Assembly (NCBI GenBank): GCA_023265365.1
Contig: JAHFTY010000005.1
Coordinates: 872-48,896, forward strand
Source: Acidobacteriota bacterium
GTDB taxonomy: Bacteria > Acidobacteriota > Terriglobia > 20CM-2-55-15
Length of the DNA stretch: 48,025 nt
Direction of reading: 5' to 3'
The notes beneath the pieces were generated by a model. The model worked only from the letters and a program-made list of their open reading frames with translations, had not been told where the DNA came from and did no database searches. This document shows positions 45,965 through 48,025 of the stretch, one piece after another. Made by a program: the position numbers and the translations under genes. Position 1 is the first letter of the stretch, and every line of letters starts with the position of its first letter.

Positions 45965-46851
45965 TGAGACGGTTTCGGCGCTTTCAGCGGATAAAAACCA
46001 ACTTCCGAAACGGCCTTCTGCCCTTCGGGACCGAGAACCCAGTCCACCAGTTCTTCGATCGCACCGGTCGGGGCCCCCGCGGTGTACCAGAACAGATTGC
46101 GGCTGAGGGGATAGGTATTGTTGTAGACATTTTCCATGGACGGCGCGACCGCCGGCGCCGACGCGTCCTTCGCCACCGGAAGGGTCTTCACTGCGGTGGC
46201 ATAACCGATGCCGCCATAACCGATGCCGCCGGCATCCTTCTTTACCGCGTTGATCACGGCGCCGGTGCCCGGGAGGGCCTGGTATTTTTCCGCGAAGTCC
46301 GCGTTCGCCAGAACATGTTCCTTGAAGTAGACGTAGGTTCCCGAGCTGTTCTCACGTCCGTACAAAACGATGGGCGCGTCCGGACCGCCGGCCTCTTTCC
46401 AGTTGGCGATCTCGCCGCGGAAGATCCGGCCCAGTTGCTCGATCGTCAGATGCTCGATCGGATTCCGGTCGTTCAGGTAGATAGCCAGGGCGTCCAGCGC
46501 GACAGGAATTTCGGCGGCATCGGCGTTGCGTTGCTGCCGGAGGGACGCTTTTTCCTCCGGTTTCATCGGGCGCGACGCCTGACAGATCTGCGTCGTTCCG
46601 TTAATCAACGCCGCGATTCCCGTTCCGCTGCCGCCGGCGGTGACCTGAATCGTCGTGCCGGGATGCCCCTTCATGTAATCCTCCGCCCACCGCTGTCCAA
46701 GCTGGACCATGGTGTCGGAACCCTTCATCGTGATCGTTTGATTGGCGGCGCCCGGCTGATCCGGAGGTTGGGCGCACGCGGACATGAGAAACAGCATCGA
46801 GAGTGTGAGCAACGGGAAATGTTTTCGACTCATGGTTTGAGGATAGCTCAT
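45961..46851 (-). CDS. pstS: Phosphate-binding lipoprotein PstS
   Basis: Lipobox FLMSAC. Carries GSDTMVQL and TAGGSGTGIAALINGT. An alternative ATG at 46833 (MSRKHF) is equally possible. Confidence 0.9.
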   Translation of the reverse strand: MSYPQTMSRKHFPLLTLSMLFLMSACAQPPDQPGAANQTITMKGSDTMVQLGQRWAEDYMKGHPGTTIQVTAGGSGTGIAALINGTTQICQASRPMKPEEKASLRQQRNADAAEIPVALDALAIYLNDRNPIEHLTIEQLGRIFRGEIANWKEAGGPDAPIVLYGRENSSGTYVYFKEHVLANADFAEKYQALPGTGAVINAVKKDAGGIGYGGIGYATAVKTLPVAKDASAPAVAPSMENVYNNTYPLSRNLFWYTAGAPTGAIEELVDWVLGPEGQKAVSEVGFYPLKAPKPSQ

Positions 46852-46854
46852 GGA

Positions 46855-46890
46855 ATGTTACGGTTTCGTGAACTGCCCGTGAACAGTTCA
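46855..46890 (-). promoter_or_regulatory. Candidate pstS promoter with Pho-box-like direct repeats
   Basis: Minus strand reads TGAACtGTTCACGggcaGTTCACGaaaccgTAACAT. Two GTTCACG copies are 11 nt apart. The distal one sits 17 nt from a TAACAT -10-like hexamer. The distal copy is also half of the palindrome TGAACaGTTCA. Confidence 0.35.
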
Positions 46891-46920
46891 TGGATCGAGA
46901 AGGGGAAGGCGCGTTGTGAC

Positions 46921-48025
46921 CTAGAACGAAAACGCGAGCTGACCCTGATACCTCCAGGTTCGCGGGGTCTCGCGGCCGAGCGGAACAAAGAAGGAAGCCC
47001 CTGGATTCGAACTTCGGCGTTCTGTCTGGAGAAACAGCAAGTTCTGGATCACCAGGTTGGGCCGAACGGTATAGTCCATCCGGAAGTGGTGCGCCGCAAG
47101 GTTGACGCCCACGCCGGTTCCCAGGTCGTCATCGGTGAATTGCGACAGGAGTGAATTGGCGTCCTTGATCGCGAACAAGTACATTCCCCGAATGTCTCCT
47201 TTTTGGGTCGTCCGGCCGATCGATATCGAAGACAGGAGCGCGTCGCGCAATTGTGACGTCCCGATGTTCCGCAACGCTTGAACCATCCATGTCATGGGCA
47301 GCCTGGGGCTGCCCTTCAGCTGTGCGGCGTCGAGCCGGTAAACGGCGCGCGCCACCTGGTAATGCCGGGCGAAGAGGATTGCCGATCCCGGGGACGTGGT
47401 TGCATTACCGGTTCCCGGGGCGGCGCCGGAGACAGTGATGCCGATGCCGGGACTCACGGTGGCCGTCACGCCGGTTGCGTTGGAAGTCAATGCGATCAGG
47501 TTTGGATTTCGATACAGCTGGATGTCCGCAGTCACCTGCTGTTTCCACCTCGCGTTGATCGGCGCATCGACGGTCATCCCCTGATGAAACATCTGGCTGG
47601 CTCGAGCGATCTTTCCGGGTTGCACTCCCGCCAGTGTCAGGGGAGAGTTCGACGGAACGGAAAAGACATTTGGGTTGACGAAGAGGTACTGTGCGCCTCG
47701 AAATTCGACTCTTCCGCGGCGAACGCGCTCGCTGAATCCATTGAACCGGACATCGTCGTCCCACAGGAACCGCGAGTTGTCCGCATACACTTCTTCCTGC
47801 CGGCCTGCTCGAATGGAGACGTTGGGACGGTGGTAATCCACGTAGCCTTCGGAAATGAACAGAGGATGCCGGCTGACCCCGGCGGCAAAATCCTGATCGA
47901 ACGTGATTCCATTGTTGATTGCGCCCGTCGAGAGCTGCATGTGGAAGCTCAGGTCAGGCGCAATTTCCCGATCGGCATTCAAACGAAGCCGGTATCGTCT
48001 ACGAACATTCTGCAGTCCCGCCGAC
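46921..48025 (-). CDS. Outer-membrane porin (phosphate-porin context), 5' end outside window
   Basis: The frame is open to the window edge. Beta-strand periodicity and a terminal ...YQGQLAFSF. Lies immediately upstream of pstS. Confidence 0.7.
   Translation of the reverse strand, partial: SAGLQNVRRRYRLRLNADREIAPDLSFHMQLSTGAINNGITFDQDFAAGVSRHPLFISEGYVDYHRPNVSIRAGRQEEVYADNSRFLWDDDVRFNGFSERVRRGRVEFRGAQYLFVNPNVFSVPSNSPLTLAGVQPGKIARASQMFHQGMTVDAPINARWKQQVTADIQLYRNPNLIALTSNATGVTATVSPGIGITVSGAAPGTGNATTSPGSAILFARHYQVARAVYRLDAAQLKGSPRLPMTWMVQALRNIGTSQLRDALLSSISIGRTTQKGDIRGMYLFAIKDANSLLSQFTDDDLGTGVGVNLAAHHFRMDYTVRPNLVIQNLLFLQTERRSSNPGASFFVPLGRETPRTWRYQGQLAFSF

Noticed and set aside
1-48025. Scan for tRNA, rRNA, tmRNA, integrase, transposase, phage or conjugation genes and for recognisable defence systems (Cas, RM, Abi, CBASS-like, retron)
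   Set aside because: None found by eye. The only defence- or mobility-related material is the decayed hsdR fragment, the DUF2335 relic, the hicBA pair and the non-coding repeats.

Overview
GC-rich bacterial chromosomal window. The protein repertoire looks like a soil Acidobacteriota-type organism, but that taxon call is inference only. I support about 45 coding regions. I found no rRNA, tRNA, CRISPR array, integrase or transposase.

Gene content, left to right:
- 1-8.4 kb: TPR protein (5' partial), cytochrome c, SAM methyltransferase, a decayed aconitase-X pair, a VOC gene, a hicB/hicA cassette, a UMF1-type MFS transporter and a dienelactone hydrolase.
- 8.9-14.7 kb: kynA, an MBL-fold hydrolase, a two-domain cupredoxin lipoprotein, skp, gatA, gatC and a DUF721 gene.
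- 14.8-20.4 kb: a four-gene envelope module on the minus strand. It comprises an ABC ATPase, an 850-aa double-FtsX permease, a LolA-like protein and an outer-membrane beta-barrel.
- 20.5-26.1 kb: a large M14 peptidase, pckG and a NUDIX hydrolase.
- 26.2-48 kb: almost entirely phosphate economy.
  - A polyphosphate array: ppk, CHAD, a tRNA-binding-domain protein, a permease, a PPOX-family protein, ppx and sixA.
  - A YdcF-like exported protein, two divergent PhoD phosphatases and a metallophosphoesterase.
  - A complete porin-pstSCAB-phoU-phoB-phoR block.

The most unusual signal is not a protein system. It is a modular, hairpin-rich intergenic repeat family with at least ten whole or partial copies in both orientations. 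It supplies most of the non-coding DNA in the window. One copy has roughly 34-55 bp terminal inverted repeats and sits inside the ABC operon.

Secondary observations:
- A second short repeat brackets the VOC-hicBA cassette.
- Four gene relics: the acnX large subunit with an internal deletion, a frameshifted hicA, an hsdR 3' fragment and a frameshifted DUF2335 gene.
- Consensus -10 hexamers recur 6-10 nt upstream of start codons that lack a Shine-Dalgarno sequence, suggesting leaderless mRNAs.
- A Pho-box-like direct repeat lies upstream of pstS.

All family assignments come from reading the translations by eye. No database search was run.
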